Shown: positions 9,172-19,367, numbered from the stretch's first letter. The stretch is 64,000 nucleotides of DNA from Candidatus Woesearchaeota archaeon (GCA_016180285.1 JACPBO010000005.1:48189-112188), one strand, 5' to 3'. Numbers and translations are program-made. The notes: generated by a model not told the origin, from the letters alone.

Positions 9172-10107
9172 TCAAATCTCTTCCAGCTCATCAACCTCTG
9201 CACACAATTCTTTCACGTGCTGAACAGTTCTTTCAAACTGCTTTTTCTCATCTTCATCCAGATCAAACTCAATCACTTTCTCAACTCCGTCTTTGCCTAA
9301 TACTGCAGGGACTCCAATAAAATACCCTCCAACGCCATATTCTTTATCGCAATAGGCAGCACAGGGCAGCAGTTTTTTCCTGTCATTCAGTATGGCATCG
9401 ATCATTTCTACAATTGAAGAAGCAGGAGCATAATACGCAGAGCCTGTTTTTAGCAGATTAACAATTTCAATGCCGCCATTCCTTGTCCTTTCAACCAGCT
9501 TACCGATCTTCTCAGCCGGCAACAGCTCTGTAATCGGCTTTCCAGCTGTTGTTGTTTTGCTTATCAATGGCACCATGTCATCGCCATGGCTGCCAAGAAC
9601 AAATGCTTCAATCTTTTTTGCGTCAATATTCAGCTCTTCAGCAATAAATGTTTTAAATCTTGTTGTGTCAAGAACACCTGCCATGCCAATCACCTTGTTT
9701 TTTGAAAAATTGCTTATTTTTGCAGCCAGATAAACCATTGCATCTAAAGGATTTGTTACAACAATTAATATGGCATTCTGCGAATATTTAACCGCGCTCT
9801 CTACAACGCCTTTTACAATAGACACATTTGTTTTGAGCAGATCCTCCCTCGTCATTCCAAGCTTTCTGGCAATGCCTGCTGTTATAACTATAATGTCAGA
9901 GCCCTTTGTATCCTCATAGTTGTTTGTTCCAATAATCTCATGATCAAAGCCTTCAATAGGCCCGGATTCCAATATGTCAAGGGCTTTTCCCTGCGGCACG
10001 CCTTCGACAATATCAACTAACACAATATCTGCCAGATTCTTCAAGGCAAGCAGATGCGCTGCTGTTGCGCCGACATTTCCTGCTCCAATGATTGTTATTT
10101 TTGCCAT
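9172..10107 (-). CDS. mdh: Malate dehydrogenase (LDH-like MDH family)
   Basis: MAKITIIGAGNVGATAAHLL Rossmann fold with the catalytic loop GIARKLGMTRED...HGD. The start is taken at the MAKITII Met, since the longer ORF overlaps the upstream gene. Confidence 0.85.
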   Translation of the reverse strand: MAKITIIGAGNVGATAAHLLALKNLADIVLVDIVEGVPQGKALDILESGPIEGFDHEIIGTNNYEDTKGSDIIVITAGIARKLGMTREDLLKTNVSIVKGVVESAVKYSQNAILIVVTNPLDAMVYLAAKISNFSKNKVIGMAGVLDTTRFKTFIAEELNIDAKKIEAFVLGSHGDDMVPLISKTTTAGKPITELLPAEKIGKLVERTRNGGIEIVNLLKTGSAYYAPASSIVEMIDAILNDRKKLLPCAAYCDKEYGVGGYFIGVPAVLGKDGVEKVIEFDLDEDEKKQFERTVQHVKELCAEVDELEEI

Positions 10108-10108
10108 C

Positions 10109-10726
10109 TTAAAACCCGAGCTTTTCATTCACAAAGATCAAAGTTATTTTGCGATTCGGCATTATCTCCCTTTCAAACAGCAAGATCTTTCCAATTGCGC
10201 TGCCCCCATAGCCTATGCTTTTCATCCTCTTGTCTTCCAAAGGAAAACAATGCTCTCTGACTCGCTTAAACCCCTCTTCCAAGCTCGAAACAATCTTCTG
10301 CGCTCCGACAACCCATATAATGTTATCTGAGGAAAATGCATATGCAGGAATCTGGCTTCCGGAGGCGCTTGCAACCAGAACTTCGCCTGTTTTAACAACT
10401 GCATGGACGCTGCCTATAAAGAATTGGGAGCTTATGCTATTTTTTCTAAGCTCTGTTTGTTTTGCCTCATTTTTCTCAGCAAGGATTTCGTCTTTTAAAT
10501 TTTTCCAGGGATGCTTTTTGGATTTAAGCAAGTCAACAAATCCCATCTGCTCCAATGTTGTAGAGCCGCCTGTCATGATCTCTGATTTTTCAGGGATCAG
10601 ATTTTTTAGCCTTTCCAATGCCTTTTCTTTTGTTTCTACAAGCTCAGCAGTTATGCCTCTGGCTTTTAAAGCTTTGATTGCTTCATTGATTGTTTCAAGT
10701 GATGCTAACTTGTTGAAGTCTGTCAT
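10109..10726 (-). CDS. LUD-domain (LutC/YkgG-like) protein
   Basis: A 205-aa protein resembling lactate-utilisation LutC/DUF162 proteins. Its stop abuts the mdh start. Confidence 0.45.
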   Translation of the reverse strand: MTDFNKLASLETINEAIKALKARGITAELVETKEKALERLKNLIPEKSEIMTGGSTTLEQMGFVDLLKSKKHPWKNLKDEILAEKNEAKQTELRKNSISSQFFIGSVHAVVKTGEVLVASASGSQIPAYAFSSDNIIWVVGAQKIVSSLEEGFKRVREHCFPLEDKRMKSIGYGGSAIGKILLFEREIMPNRKITLIFVNEKLGF

Positions 10727-10794
10727 TTTTATCGCCTTCCTGCCCCAAAATAATCTGTGCCAATTAGATGTTAAGGTCTTGTACTTTTTAAATA

Positions 10795-11406
10795 TTACTG
10801 AATCTTAGCTATTCCTTCCATTATCTTCTGCCTGAAAATTTCATATCTCCAGTTGCTCAGCTTTTCTCCGTTAATGAAAAATGTAGGAGTTGCATCAACA
10901 CCCATATCTTCAGCTTTCCTCATGTCCCTTGCAACATAAGGCGCTTTTGCCCCTGAATCAAGGCAGTTGCTGAAGTTTTTCATGTCTAATTTTAGTTCTT
11001 TTGCATAGTTTTTCAGATTTCTTGGCGTCGGATCATCCAAGTTTGCATGCACTTTGTCAACAAATTCCCAAAATTTTCCCTGGTCATTCGCGCATTCTGA
11101 TGCTTCTGCTGCTTTAAACGCATATTGGTGCATTGGCAGCGGAAAATGCGCGTATTCCAGCTTTACATCATTTTTGAATTCATCCATTATTTTGTTGATA
11201 GTTGGATGGGCTGCCTTGCATGCAGGGCATTGGAGATCAGAAAACTCTGTTATTGTTATGCGAGCGCTTTCATTGCCTAAAACAGGCCTTGGCGTGTAAA
11301 TTTCGGGGTAATAAGGCTTATTAACATTTTTTAAATAAAAAAACAAAACTACCAGAATGATAAGAATAAAAAAACTATAACTCAGATATTTTTTCTTTAG
11401 CTTCAT
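10795..11406 (-). CDS. DsbA-family thiol:disulfide oxidoreductase, membrane-anchored
   Basis: N-terminal transmembrane segment and the motif [14 protein letters not shown] (CPAC) on a Trx fold with an inserted helical domain. Confidence 0.7.
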   Translation of the reverse strand: MKLKKKYLSYSFFILIILVVLFFYLKNVNKPYYPEIYTPRPVLGNESARITITEFSDLQCPACKAAHPTINKIMDEFKNDVKLEYAHFPLPMHQYAFKAAEASECANDQGKFWEFVDKVHANLDDPTPRNLKNYAKELKLDMKNFSNCLDSGAKAPYVARDMRKAEDMGVDATPTFFINGEKLSNWRYEIFRQKIMEGIAKIQ

Positions 11407-13832
11407 TTTATCTTTGCCTCATAAAGCCTCATCAAAAGTGAATTCCCGACAACGCTGACGCTGCTGAATGCCATTGCCGCAGCTGCTATGATCGGATTCA
11501 ATAAAAAGCCAGTAAATGGGTATAAGATTCCTGCTGCAATCGGAATCCCGGCTGTATTGTAAAAAAATGCCCAGAACAGGTTCTGCCTTATCTTCCTTAT
11601 TGTATAAGCGCTCAGGTCAATTGCGGTAACAACATCTCTCAGATCATTTTTGATCAAAACAATATTCCCTGTTTCAAGTGCAACATCTGTTCCGGCTCCG
11701 ATTGCAATTCCTATATCTGCCTGCGCAAGAGCAGGAGCATCATTTATGCCATCGCCGACAAATGCAACAATTTCGCCTTTATCCTGCAGCTTCCTGACTT
11801 CCTTTTCCTTGTCTTCAGGCAGCACTTCTGCAAGCACTTTGTCAATTCCGACCTGCCCTGCGATTGCGCCTGCTGTTCTTTTATTGTCGCCAGTTATCAT
11901 AATGACTTCCTTCTTCATCTTATGAAGCTGCTCAACTGCTTCTTTAGAATATTCTTTTAATGTATCCGCAACTGCGACCATGCCAATTACCCTGTTCCTC
12001 AGCGCAACGAGCATCACAGTATTGCCAAGATTCTCAAGCTCGGCAATTTTCGGCTCTATAATCCTTAACGGGAAATTCTCCATCATTTTTCTGTTGCCGA
12101 TTATGATTTCTTCATTTTTGTACTTTGCTTTAACGCCTTTTCCAGGAACTGCAATAAAAGATGAGGCACCGGTAAGTTTTATTTTTAATTCATCGCATTT
12201 TCTTATGATTGCTTCTGCAAGAGGATGCTCTGAGTTTTTCTCTGCAATCCCTGCAAATCTTATGATCTCCCTGTCTGTAATATTTGAAACAGAAACAATC
12301 TTTGTAACTTCTGGCTTTCCTTTTGTCAGGGTTCCTGTTTTGTCAAAGACAATTGCTGTCAGTTTATGCGCTGTCTCCAGTGCTTCTCCTGATTTTATCA
12401 GTATGCCGTTTTCTGCACCTTTCCCGGAGCCAACCATTATGGCAGTTGGCGTTGCCAGTCCAAGCGCGCATGGGCAGGCTATTATCAAAACTGCAATGAA
12501 AATGCTCAATGAAAACACAAAACTTTGGCCAAACAGCATCCAAAGGGCAAATGACAGGACTGCAATCCCGATAACTGTTGGAACGAAATAGCTGCTTACT
12601 TTATCAGCCAGCCTTTGTATCGGCGCTTTGCTGCCCTGCGCTTCCTCAACAAGCTTTATTATCTGCGACAACACAGTGTCTTTTCCTACTTTGGTTGCCT
12701 TGAATTTCAGAGCGCCGTTCTTGTTGATTGTAGCTCCGATCACATTGTCGCCGATTTTCTTTTCAACAGGAATGCTTTCGCCCGAGATCATTGACTCGTC
12801 AACTGCTGAATGCCCTTCAATTACAATGCCGTCAACCGGGATTTTCTCACCTGGCTTTATCAGCACGATATCCCCGGTGACAACATCATCAATGCTTACT
12901 TCAAGTTCTTTCCCGGACCTTATGACTCTTGCTGTTTTTGCCTGCAGGCCCATCAGCTTCTTTATCGCCTCTGATGTCTTGCCTTTCATTACTGCTTCCA
13001 GCAGTTTGCCCAGCAAAATGAATGTGATGATGATGGCTGCTGTATCATAATAAACTCCGCTTTTGAAAACATCAGGAATAAAAGTTACAAGAGCGCTGTA
13101 AATATAGGCTGCGCTTGTGCCCACTGCAATTAAAGTGTCCATATTTGCGGATTTATTTTTTAATGCTATCCACATTCCTGCATAAAACCTTCTTGCTAGA
13201 ATCAATTGCACAGGCGTTGTCAACGCGAACAGGACATAATTTGTGTAAGGCACAATTATCCTGAACCATTCTGGAAATGACAGCACAAAAATAGGAATGC
13301 TCAGCAAAAACCCGAAAAAAACCTCGATTTGCAGCCTTCTTATTTCTCTTTGCCTTGCCTCCTTCTCCTTGTCAGCTGATGCTGTTTCTTCGATCGGCTC
13401 GTAGCCTGCATTCTTTATTGCTTTCTTGATCTCACCAATATTTGCAAGAGCTGTATTAAATCTGACTATCGCTTTCTGATTAACAAGCAAGTCTTTTGAA
13501 ACAACGCCTTTGATTGTGCTTAACGCATCGCTTACTGCGCCGACACAATGCGGGTTGTCCATGCCGATGATTTTTAATTTTATCTCGGAAATGCCTTTCT
13601 CATTTGTTGCGCTTTCTTTTTTCTCTTCTTTTATTATCCCATAGCCTGTTTTTTCTATAGTTTTTTCTATCTCATCCTGATTTATTTTATTTTTATCAAA
13701 TTCAACAGCTGCCTTTTCAGATGCAAAATTCACGCCGGCATTGATTATGCCCTTTGCTTTTTTCAGCGATTTCTCTATTGTGTTTGCGCAGCTTGCGCAG
13801 TGCATGCCCGTTATTTTTATTGTTGTTTTCAT
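11403..13832 (-). CDS. copA: Copper-translocating P1B-type ATPase
   Basis: Two N-terminal heavy-metal-associated domains ([13 protein letters not shown] and [11 protein letters not shown]), transmembrane CPC ([13 protein letters not shown]), DKTGTLT phosphorylation site and GDGINDAP hinge. Confidence 0.9.
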   Translation of the reverse strand: MKTTIKITGMHCASCANTIEKSLKKAKGIINAGVNFASEKAAVEFDKNKINQDEIEKTIEKTGYGIIKEEKKESATNEKGISEIKLKIIGMDNPHCVGAVSDALSTIKGVVSKDLLVNQKAIVRFNTALANIGEIKKAIKNAGYEPIEETASADKEKEARQREIRRLQIEVFFGFLLSIPIFVLSFPEWFRIIVPYTNYVLFALTTPVQLILARRFYAGMWIALKNKSANMDTLIAVGTSAAYIYSALVTFIPDVFKSGVYYDTAAIIITFILLGKLLEAVMKGKTSEAIKKLMGLQAKTARVIRSGKELEVSIDDVVTGDIVLIKPGEKIPVDGIVIEGHSAVDESMISGESIPVEKKIGDNVIGATINKNGALKFKATKVGKDTVLSQIIKLVEEAQGSKAPIQRLADKVSSYFVPTVIGIAVLSFALWMLFGQSFVFSLSIFIAVLIIACPCALGLATPTAIMVGSGKGAENGILIKSGEALETAHKLTAIVFDKTGTLTKGKPEVTKIVSVSNITDREIIRFAGIAEKNSEHPLAEAIIRKCDELKIKLTGASSFIAVPGKGVKAKYKNEEIIIGNRKMMENFPLRIIEPKIAELENLGNTVMLVALRNRVIGMVAVADTLKEYSKEAVEQLHKMKKEVIMITGDNKRTAGAIAGQVGIDKVLAEVLPEDKEKEVRKLQDKGEIVAFVGDGINDAPALAQADIGIAIGAGTDVALETGNIVLIKNDLRDVVTAIDLSAYTIRKIRQNLFWAFFYNTAGIPIAAGILYPFTGFLLNPIIAAAAMAFSSVSVVGNSLLMRLYEAKIK

Positions 13833-14314
13833 TTTTTAGCCTTTATTTTGCAGCTGTTTAAATTGGATGATGTGCTTATTAAGATTAAGATCAATAACAG
13901 GGCAATAAATGCATTAACAAAAATATTAAATCCGGATATCAGCATGCCAATGCCGATTGTCGCGCTTGAAAAAGACAAAAGCAGAGGGGCGCATGTAGGG
14001 CAGACTGAAGTGAACAAGGCAGGAATTATTGCGAAATAACCATATGTTTTCTTACGCAAAGATAAATTCAACCTGAGACTGTAAATGTTCAGTGAAAATA
14101 TCAACCCGGAAAGGAGTGAGATTACAATTAAAAAAAACAAATTTAATGGCGTCCACAAATCAATTCTTACATAAAAGTTTGACAGCAAAATAAAGTTCCA
14201 TGCAAAAATGTAGATTGATGAAAAGACCAATGTAAAAACTGCAAAAAGCATCAAATAGGCCCAGTTGCCTAATACGCAGCTTATTCCATTCAGGCTTTGT
14301 TTTATTCTATTCAT
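13829..14314 (-). CDS. Polytopic membrane protein with CPTC motif, unknown function
   Basis: Four or five transmembrane segments and [10 protein letters not shown]. Overlaps the copA start by 4 nt. Confidence 0.35.
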   Translation of the reverse strand: MNRIKQSLNGISCVLGNWAYLMLFAVFTLVFSSIYIFAWNFILLSNFYVRIDLWTPLNLFFLIVISLLSGLIFSLNIYSLRLNLSLRKKTYGYFAIIPALFTSVCPTCAPLLLSFSSATIGIGMLISGFNIFVNAFIALLLILILISTSSNLNSCKIKAKK

Positions 14315-14421
14315 TGAGGATAATGATTTTTTACTTCATTATTCAAGTTTATTAATATTTATTTTTTATTTATTTTTCTAAAAGCTGACCTTTACAGCCA
14401 TCTTCATGGCCATTTTTACAC

Positions 14422-14619
14422 TTATTTCTTTATTTCCTTACGATGGCCAGCATCATCATATTCATAAAGCTTGCCTTCTTCTTCACCATTGCATAATTTA
14501 TGCGAACCATCGCAGAAAGGCTGGTTTTTCGACAAGCCGCACATGCAGATCCATGCAGACTCCTTCTGCGGTTTAATTTCAAGCGGTACATTCGCCGCCT
14601 TTATTACTTTTCTACTCAT
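14422..14619 (-). CDS. CDGSH iron-sulfur domain protein (mitoNEET-like)
   Basis: CMCGLSKNQPFCDGSH matches the CDGSH signature C-x-C-x(n)-C-D-G-S-H. Confidence 0.7.
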   Translation of the reverse strand: MSRKVIKAANVPLEIKPQKESAWICMCGLSKNQPFCDGSHKLCNGEEEGKLYEYDDAGHRKEIKK

Positions 14620-14659
14620 TGTCTCACCTCTCTTTTATTTTTAAAATAAAATAACGCCT

Positions 14660-14935
14660 TTATTTGATTTTTCCATTGAAATAATTGTACAGCCAGGCAA
14701 ACAATGCCCCTGCTATTGCGCCTATAACCATGACCTCGACTAGCCCAAGTACCACGCTTCCAATTGAAACATTTGCTTTCGCTATCAATGTAAGATCAAT
14801 GCCGTGGAATATGGCATTAAAAAATTTTAATGACCCTGCGGGCCACAATGCAATAATCGCAGCGCAGGCCAGTGAAAGTATTCCGCCTACGATGGCCAAT
14901 GCCAATGCTGTTGTTTTTACACTTAATTTTTCCAT
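14660..14935 (-). CDS. Small membrane protein
   Basis: A 91-aa protein with three hydrophobic helices. Confidence 0.3.
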   Translation of the reverse strand: MEKLSVKTTALALAIVGGILSLACAAIIALWPAGSLKFFNAIFHGIDLTLIAKANVSIGSVVLGLVEVMVIGAIAGALFAWLYNYFNGKIK

Positions 14936-14986
14936 TTTTTAGCGCCTCTTATTTCATATTTTTGTTTGCCATTCGCATTTTACACT

Positions 14987-15217
14987 TTAATGGCATTTGC
15001 CTTTATGCATATCTTTCATAATGAAGAAATGCATCAGCGGGCACAACAACAAAATAAGCCAATATAGGTAATTTTTGCCAATCCCAAAAAAATATGCAGC
15101 TGCGATTAATAAAATTAAGACCGCCAAGCAGCATACCAGCATAGTTATGCCTTTTGTATGCTTTACGCCTTTGCAGCCTTCTTCGGCTGTTCTTTTTTTG
15201 CCGGCAATTTTCTTCAT
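14987..15217 (-). CDS. Small two-transmembrane Cys/His membrane protein (DUF2933-like)
   Basis: LLLCPLMHFFIMKDMHKGKCH resembles the small metal-resistance-locus membrane proteins. Confidence 0.35.
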   Translation of the reverse strand: MKKIAGKKRTAEEGCKGVKHTKGITMLVCCLAVLILLIAAAYFFGIGKNYLYWLILLLCPLMHFFIMKDMHKGKCH

Positions 15218-15268
15218 TTAACAGCACCCTTTCTTTCCTTTTCCCATTTTCTTCACCTCCAGTTGATT

Positions 15269-15427
15269 TTACCTTTGCACTGCGTGCTTTGTGATCTCGA
15301 TATTGCAGCTGTGATGCTCTTTGCACCATTTCTGGCATTTTTCAGCCCATTTCTTGTCTTTGTAGGCAAAATTGCATTCTTCACAGATGAAAAGCTCTTT
15401 GTCGCTTTTAATTTCTTGCTTTACCAT
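15269..15427 (-). CDS. Small (52 aa) TRASH-like / zinc-ribbon metal-binding protein; below the ORF-track size cutoff
   Basis: MVKQEIKSDKELFICEECNFAYKDKKWAEKCQKWCKEHHSCNIEITKHAVQR has the C-x2-C...C-x3-C pattern of the TRASH-like domains found in archaeal metal-sensing regulators and metallochaperones. It overlaps the phosphatase gene start by about 20 nt. Confidence 0.4.
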   Translation of the reverse strand: MVKQEIKSDKELFICEECNFAYKDKKWAEKCQKWCKEHHSCNIEITKHAVQR

Positions 15428-15887
15428 TTTGCACCATTTCCTCGAAGTTTATCAGTGATTGGATTTGGGACCTGTTTGGATGTATGATTGGCCTTTTCCT
15501 CTTGATTAGCTTTATCGCCTCGATTGCAGTTTTGCCTTCTAAAATGAAATATGCTGCTACAAGTGTTGGAGCCCTTGCGTGACCATGCTCACAATGAACA
15601 TATACCTTGACTTCATTATCGACCAGCTTCTTAATAAAATTTGCCCCAATCAAAAGCTGTTTAAATGCCGGCGCTTTGTGGTCTTTTGTAGGCAGCCACA
15701 AATAATAGCCTACGCCAAATGGCTGGTCTAGCCTCATTTCTTCCAAGCTTATGTCAGCTCTAACGCCCTTTTTTATCAAGGATTTCTTAAAATGAGAGCT
15801 GCAGCACTGGTTTGTGCCAATGTAAATAAGCTTTGTGATTTCGGAATATTCAAAAATCGGTTTTTCTGGATGGATATTTTCAGGCAT
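15408..15887 (-). CDS. Dual-specificity / protein-tyrosine phosphatase
   Basis: VHCEHGHARAP fits the HC-x5-R P-loop. Confidence 0.7.
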   Translation of the reverse strand: MPENIHPEKPIFEYSEITKLIYIGTNQCCSSHFKKSLIKKGVRADISLEEMRLDQPFGVGYYLWLPTKDHKAPAFKQLLIGANFIKKLVDNEVKVYVHCEHGHARAPTLVAAYFILEGKTAIEAIKLIKRKRPIIHPNRSQIQSLINFEEMVQNGKARN

Positions 15888-15916
15888 TTTTATTTTCCTC
15901 GTTCATTTTATTTGCA

Positions 15917-16219
15917 TCATCTTTCACCCGCAACTATTTTCTCGCAAAACTCGTGCATGTGCTTGTCTATAAGGTTCATCAGGGGCTTTATTGTTTTTTT
16001 GTTTAGCGCGTATATCCTGTGCTTGCCTTTTTTTGCCATAAAAACAAATCCGCACTTTTCAAGCCTTTCAAGATTGTGTGAAACAGTTGTTTGGTTGAAA
16101 TCAAGCAGCTTGCAGATCTCGGAAACGCATTTAGGCGCTTTTCTCAATGTGTTTATTATCTCTAGCCTTCTTTCATTGTCCAGCGTCCCGAAGAATGTTT
16201 TATATGCCTTTTTAATCAT
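15917..16219 (-). CDS. ArsR/SmtB-family metalloregulator
   Basis: A 100-aa HTH protein (EICKLLDFNQTTVSHNLERLEKCGFV) with cysteines positioned as in metal-sensing ArsR proteins. Confidence 0.75.
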   Translation of the reverse strand: MIKKAYKTFFGTLDNERRLEIINTLRKAPKCVSEICKLLDFNQTTVSHNLERLEKCGFVFMAKKGKHRIYALNKKTIKPLMNLIDKHMHEFCEKIVAGER

Positions 16220-16261
16220 ATGTTGAGATAAGCATATGTTATTTATAAATGTTTCTGTTTT

Positions 16262-16546
16262 TTATGCCTTTACAAACAGCCCGCACCAGCACATTGGCTG
16301 CATTCCTGGCCTGGGCCTAAGCCATGTTTCATGAATGAAGAAGTTACAAGGGCAGATAAGCTCCATGTCTTTTTCAAATGTTCCATCTCTCAATCTGCAC
16401 GGGCACAGCTTCAGGCCGTGCTTTTGCTCATTTGACAATACGCCGTCTGCAACAATCTCAACATGCTTTCTGTCAGGGTTCAGCTTAAACGATCCGTTCT
16501 TTTTACTGAAAACATCCCAGACCCCGATCAATTCTTGCTTGTCCAT
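16262..16546 (-). CDS. Ferredoxin:thioredoxin reductase catalytic-subunit-like (FTR-like) protein
   Basis: LCPCRLRDGT...LICPCNFF...CWCG follows the CPC-x15-CPC-...-CxC arrangement of FTR beta-type Fe-S disulfide reductases. Confidence 0.6.
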   Translation of the reverse strand: MDKQELIGVWDVFSKKNGSFKLNPDRKHVEIVADGVLSNEQKHGLKLCPCRLRDGTFEKDMELICPCNFFIHETWLRPRPGMQPMCWCGLFVKA

Positions 16547-16556
16547 CTTGCGCTTG

Positions 16557-16703
16557 CTAAAGCTTCGTTAATTTTTTTGCTTCAGTTGCCTCTATTTTAA
16601 CATACACATTGACATTCTTGCAGGTAGGGCATATTTCCGGGCCAGCCATTCCATAATGTATGTCGTTGCACACAGTGCACCTGAAAAACTGCTTGTCTGA
16701 CAT
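16557..16703 (-). CDS. Small (48 aa) rubredoxin-like zinc-ribbon protein; below the ORF-track size cutoff
   Basis: MSDKQFFRCTVCNDIHYGMAGPEICPTCKNVNVYVKIE contains C-x2-C-x15-C-x2-C. It starts 3 nt after the stop of the upstream membrane-protein gene. Confidence 0.4.
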   Translation of the reverse strand: MSDKQFFRCTVCNDIHYGMAGPEICPTCKNVNVYVKIEATEAKKLTKL

Positions 16704-16706
16704 TTT

Positions 16707-16967
16707 TCACCTCATGAATGGGTTGCCGAATGCAGCGAATGCAATTACAGCATGAAGCATTACAGATGCTGCTAAAAGCCACCAGTAATAGCAGTGATAT
16801 TTGTAGATTTTCATGTAAATCTTTGAATTGCTCAATGCTGCTGATTTTATGCCAATAATGCACCTGCATGAAAATAGAATCAAAAATAAAAAAACTATGT
16901 TTGCCCATCCCAATACATAAACGAACTTTATTCCGAGCGAAGGGTCTATTGCCATTTTACTCGACAA
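16707..16967 (-). CDS. Small membrane protein
   Basis: An 86-aa protein with two or three transmembrane segments. Confidence 0.3.
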   Translation of the reverse strand: MSSKMAIDPSLGIKFVYVLGWANIVFLFLILFSCRCIIGIKSAALSNSKIYMKIYKYHCYYWWLLAASVMLHAVIAFAAFGNPFMR

Positions 16968-17421
16968 TTATCGTTCCTGTAAATGCTGGGTTAAGATGGT
17001 CGTGGTATTTCCATGAGCCTTTGCTGTTGAATGTGAAGGAAAAGGACTCATCCTGAGCCAAGCTCCTGCATGCATCAAATTTGCTCCCTATGCAGCCCCC
17101 GCTTTCGGGATAAACTGAATGAGTTGGGTGCACAGCTGATGCTGGCCAATGGGCACTGCCGTCTTTATTTGTAAAAACAACAGTTTCACCTGCGCTGATA
17201 GCCAATGTCTTTGGGCTAAACCCGGATGATGTAATCTCGACAACATTCATTGCTGCTGATGTTTGCTGCTGCCCGGCTGTCTGCCCGCTGACATCAGTTA
17301 CCTGCTGTCCGGTTTGCTGATTTCCTGCTGTTCCGCTAGTTGTTGTCTGCGCAGCGCATCCTGCTATTAAAACCAATGCGGCCAAAAACAAAACAAAATA
17401 AATTCTTTTCATTTTATCCAC
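16957..17421 (-). CDS. Cupredoxin-like lipoprotein (the Cys ligand of the blue-copper site is replaced)
   Basis: Lipobox LIAGC and a Gln/Thr-rich linker. The C-terminal beta-sandwich segment WKYHDHLNPAFTGTIIV resembles the plastocyanin/azurin C-terminal strand. Confidence 0.45.
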   Translation of the reverse strand: MDKMKRIYFVLFLAALVLIAGCAAQTTTSGTAGNQQTGQQVTDVSGQTAGQQQTSAAMNVVEITSSGFSPKTLAISAGETVVFTNKDGSAHWPASAVHPTHSVYPESGGCIGSKFDACRSLAQDESFSFTFNSKGSWKYHDHLNPAFTGTIIVE

Positions 17422-17432
17422 CCCCTATCTGA

Positions 17433-17879
17433 TTAAAATTTAAGCTTGTAAACCCATGAAGGAATTTTTGCGCCTTTAACTTCATCATACTGCGGCCAAT
17501 AGGGCTTTATGTCAATTATTGGCGTTCCATCAATGATATCGAGGCCCTTTACTTTAATTTTGTTATTCCTATGATCAACTTCCACCAGCTTCACAGTTGT
17601 TATTGCAATCGGATTCGGCCTTGCAGGGCATCTGCATGCAAAAATCCCTACAATCGGCACATCAGGATTGCCCTGCGGCTGATGCTCAATAACGCTGCTT
17701 TTGACCTTGTCCATCCAATAAACAACAATAATGTGAGAATAATCCTCTACACCCTTTAGCGCGCCTGTGAATTTTTTGTCTATCACTATTTCAGAAACTT
17801 CATCGGCAAAATTTCCGAATCTCAGTTCCTTGATATTGTTTCTTACAATGCCAATTGGTTTCAAGATTATGTCTTTCAT
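17433..17879 (-). CDS. TsaA/YaeB (TrmO) family SAM-dependent tRNA methyltransferase
   Basis: PIGIVRNN...RPNPIAITTVKLVEV...GLDIIDGTPIIDIKPY. Confidence 0.75.
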   Translation of the reverse strand: MKDIILKPIGIVRNNIKELRFGNFADEVSEIVIDKKFTGALKGVEDYSHIIVVYWMDKVKSSVIEHQPQGNPDVPIVGIFACRCPARPNPIAITTVKLVEVDHRNNKIKVKGLDIIDGTPIIDIKPYWPQYDEVKGAKIPSWVYKLKF

Positions 17880-17887
17880 TTTTCTCT

Positions 17888-18298
17888 TTATGAATTTGGT
17901 AAAATTTTATCAAGCTCTCCAGCCACATAAGCTACGATTTCTGAGCAGAGATTTTTTCTTTCAGGGCTATCGAACTTATAATCAGCAGTAAGCAGGTTAC
18001 AACAAGTTACACTGTACTTTTCTTCAAATTTATCATAAATATGCTTGCTTAAGTCATTAGCTTTTTTAGAGTCTTCACTTTTCTCTGATCTGCCATAATG
18101 TAAGCCAATAGCCATTGTAGCCCCAGAAATTGCTCCACAAATGCATCCACTTCCCCCAATTCCTGCTCTAAAGCCTGTTGCAGAACGCAAAACTTCATCT
18201 GTAACTGGGTGTCCTGTTTGTTTCATTGCATGCAATACTGCTTCTGTACAACTATATCCTTCAAGATACAGTTTTTTTGCTGATTCAGCTAAACTCAT
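17888..18298 (-). CDS. C_GCAxxG_C_C family putative redox protein
   Basis: YSCTEAVL...GSGCICGAISGA...CCNL spacing is typical of that family. Confidence 0.7.
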   Translation of the reverse strand: MSLAESAKKLYLEGYSCTEAVLHAMKQTGHPVTDEVLRSATGFRAGIGGSGCICGAISGATMAIGLHYGRSEKSEDSKKANDLSKHIYDKFEEKYSVTCCNLLTADYKFDSPERKNLCSEIVAYVAGELDKILPNS

Positions 18299-18852
18299 TT
18301 TTTACCGCCTTTGTGTTTTGCATTATTCTTCCACAACTTTATGATCCATGAATAAACTAAAACAATCAAACCGATTAATGATATCACATAAAGCGCATTC
18401 AGGAAATTCCAATACCATGCATAACTGCCACTCATCATCCCATATCCCATCATGTTGCCTCCAATATTGCCGCTCATCATGTTAAATGAATTGCCCATCA
18501 TGCCGCCCCCCATCATATTGTTTCCCGCCATCATTGACATCATAGACATCATTCCCTGGCTTGTTTCACCGCAGTAAATTGATTTTGCCATCTGAATATG
18601 CATCTGCTTGACTGCAGCAGAATCTTCGCCGCCCATCATAGTGTGCATCAGCTCATGCGCTTCTCCAGAATGCATCTGCTCCATGTAATAATCACCCATA
18701 GCCTCAAGCTGCGCATCCGTTAGTTTGCTGCAGCTAATGTTGGAATCGATAAGCTGCTTTGTTTCATTGAAGTTTTCTTTCGCTAAAACAAAGCCGGTGT
18801 TTAATGCCAAAACCAAAAATACTGCCAAAAATACTGCAAATGATATTTTCAT
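18295..18852 (-). CDS. Secreted Met/Gly-rich protein with C-terminal transmembrane anchor; candidate Cu(I)-binding Met-motif protein
   Basis: Signal peptide followed by MSMMSMMAGNNMMGGGMMGNSFNMMSGNIGGNMMGYGMMSG and HxxMxxM-type motifs (EAHELMHTMMGG). Confidence 0.45.
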   Translation of the reverse strand: MKISFAVFLAVFLVLALNTGFVLAKENFNETKQLIDSNISCSKLTDAQLEAMGDYYMEQMHSGEAHELMHTMMGGEDSAAVKQMHIQMAKSIYCGETSQGMMSMMSMMAGNNMMGGGMMGNSFNMMSGNIGGNMMGYGMMSGSYAWYWNFLNALYVISLIGLIVLVYSWIIKLWKNNAKHKGGKK

Positions 18853-19367
18853 TTTCCCCCCATGGCCATTAATGCCCTTTTCTTTTTATTTTTTTCTCTT
18901 TTTTGCTTAATTTTAGTCTTTTTTTCTCCCCTGCTTTTGTAAAGCATTATTGCAATGCCTGCGGCATTAGAGAGTATTCCTATTAAAATAAACCAAATCG
19001 TATAGCCTGAAAGGGAAGCCAGCGCTGATACTCCTATGAAAGGCAGTATATTCACAAGATAATGGCTGCAGCACAATATCATGCTTGTTGCGGATAATCC
19101 GCCAGATGCCACTGTTGTTGTGCATCCAATTGCGCTTTTATGCCTCAGATAAGTGAAAAGGCCAATCTGAAAGCCAAAGCCTCCGATCAGCAAAACAAGC
19201 AAAGGAGAATATTTTTTGATCTGCGCAACAGCCATGCTTGGAAAGCCAAGGCTCCAAAGCACTATGAAATTTAACAGTAAAATCAATAAAATCCCAATGA
19301 TTCCATTTCTTACTGCCCTGTATTTAATGTCCATTTTCATTCTCCTTGATTTAATGTTTTTTAGCAA
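18849..19367 (-). CDS. Polytopic membrane protein, unknown
   Basis: Five transmembrane segments and a basic C-terminal tail. Confidence 0.3.
   Translation of the reverse strand: MLKNIKSRRMKMDIKYRAVRNGIIGILLILLLNFIVLWSLGFPSMAVAQIKKYSPLLVLLIGGFGFQIGLFTYLRHKSAIGCTTTVASGGLSATSMILCCSHYLVNILPFIGVSALASLSGYTIWFILIGILSNAAGIAIMLYKSRGEKKTKIKQKREKNKKKRALMAMGGK

Noticed and set aside
11650-13050. Several plus-strand ORFs inside copA (11650..11925, 11980..12591 and 12628..13050)
   Set aside because: They lie antisense to the well-supported Cu-ATPase gene and give Ser/Pro/Ile-rich nonsense translations typical of the complement of an AT-rich coding strand.
15003-15338. 111-aa ORF 15003..15338 (-)
   Set aside because: It is an alternate-frame overlap of the DUF2933-like gene and the TRASH-like mini-gene. 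Its Lys/Arg-rich translation has no structure. The two shorter in-frame genes with clean motifs are preferred.
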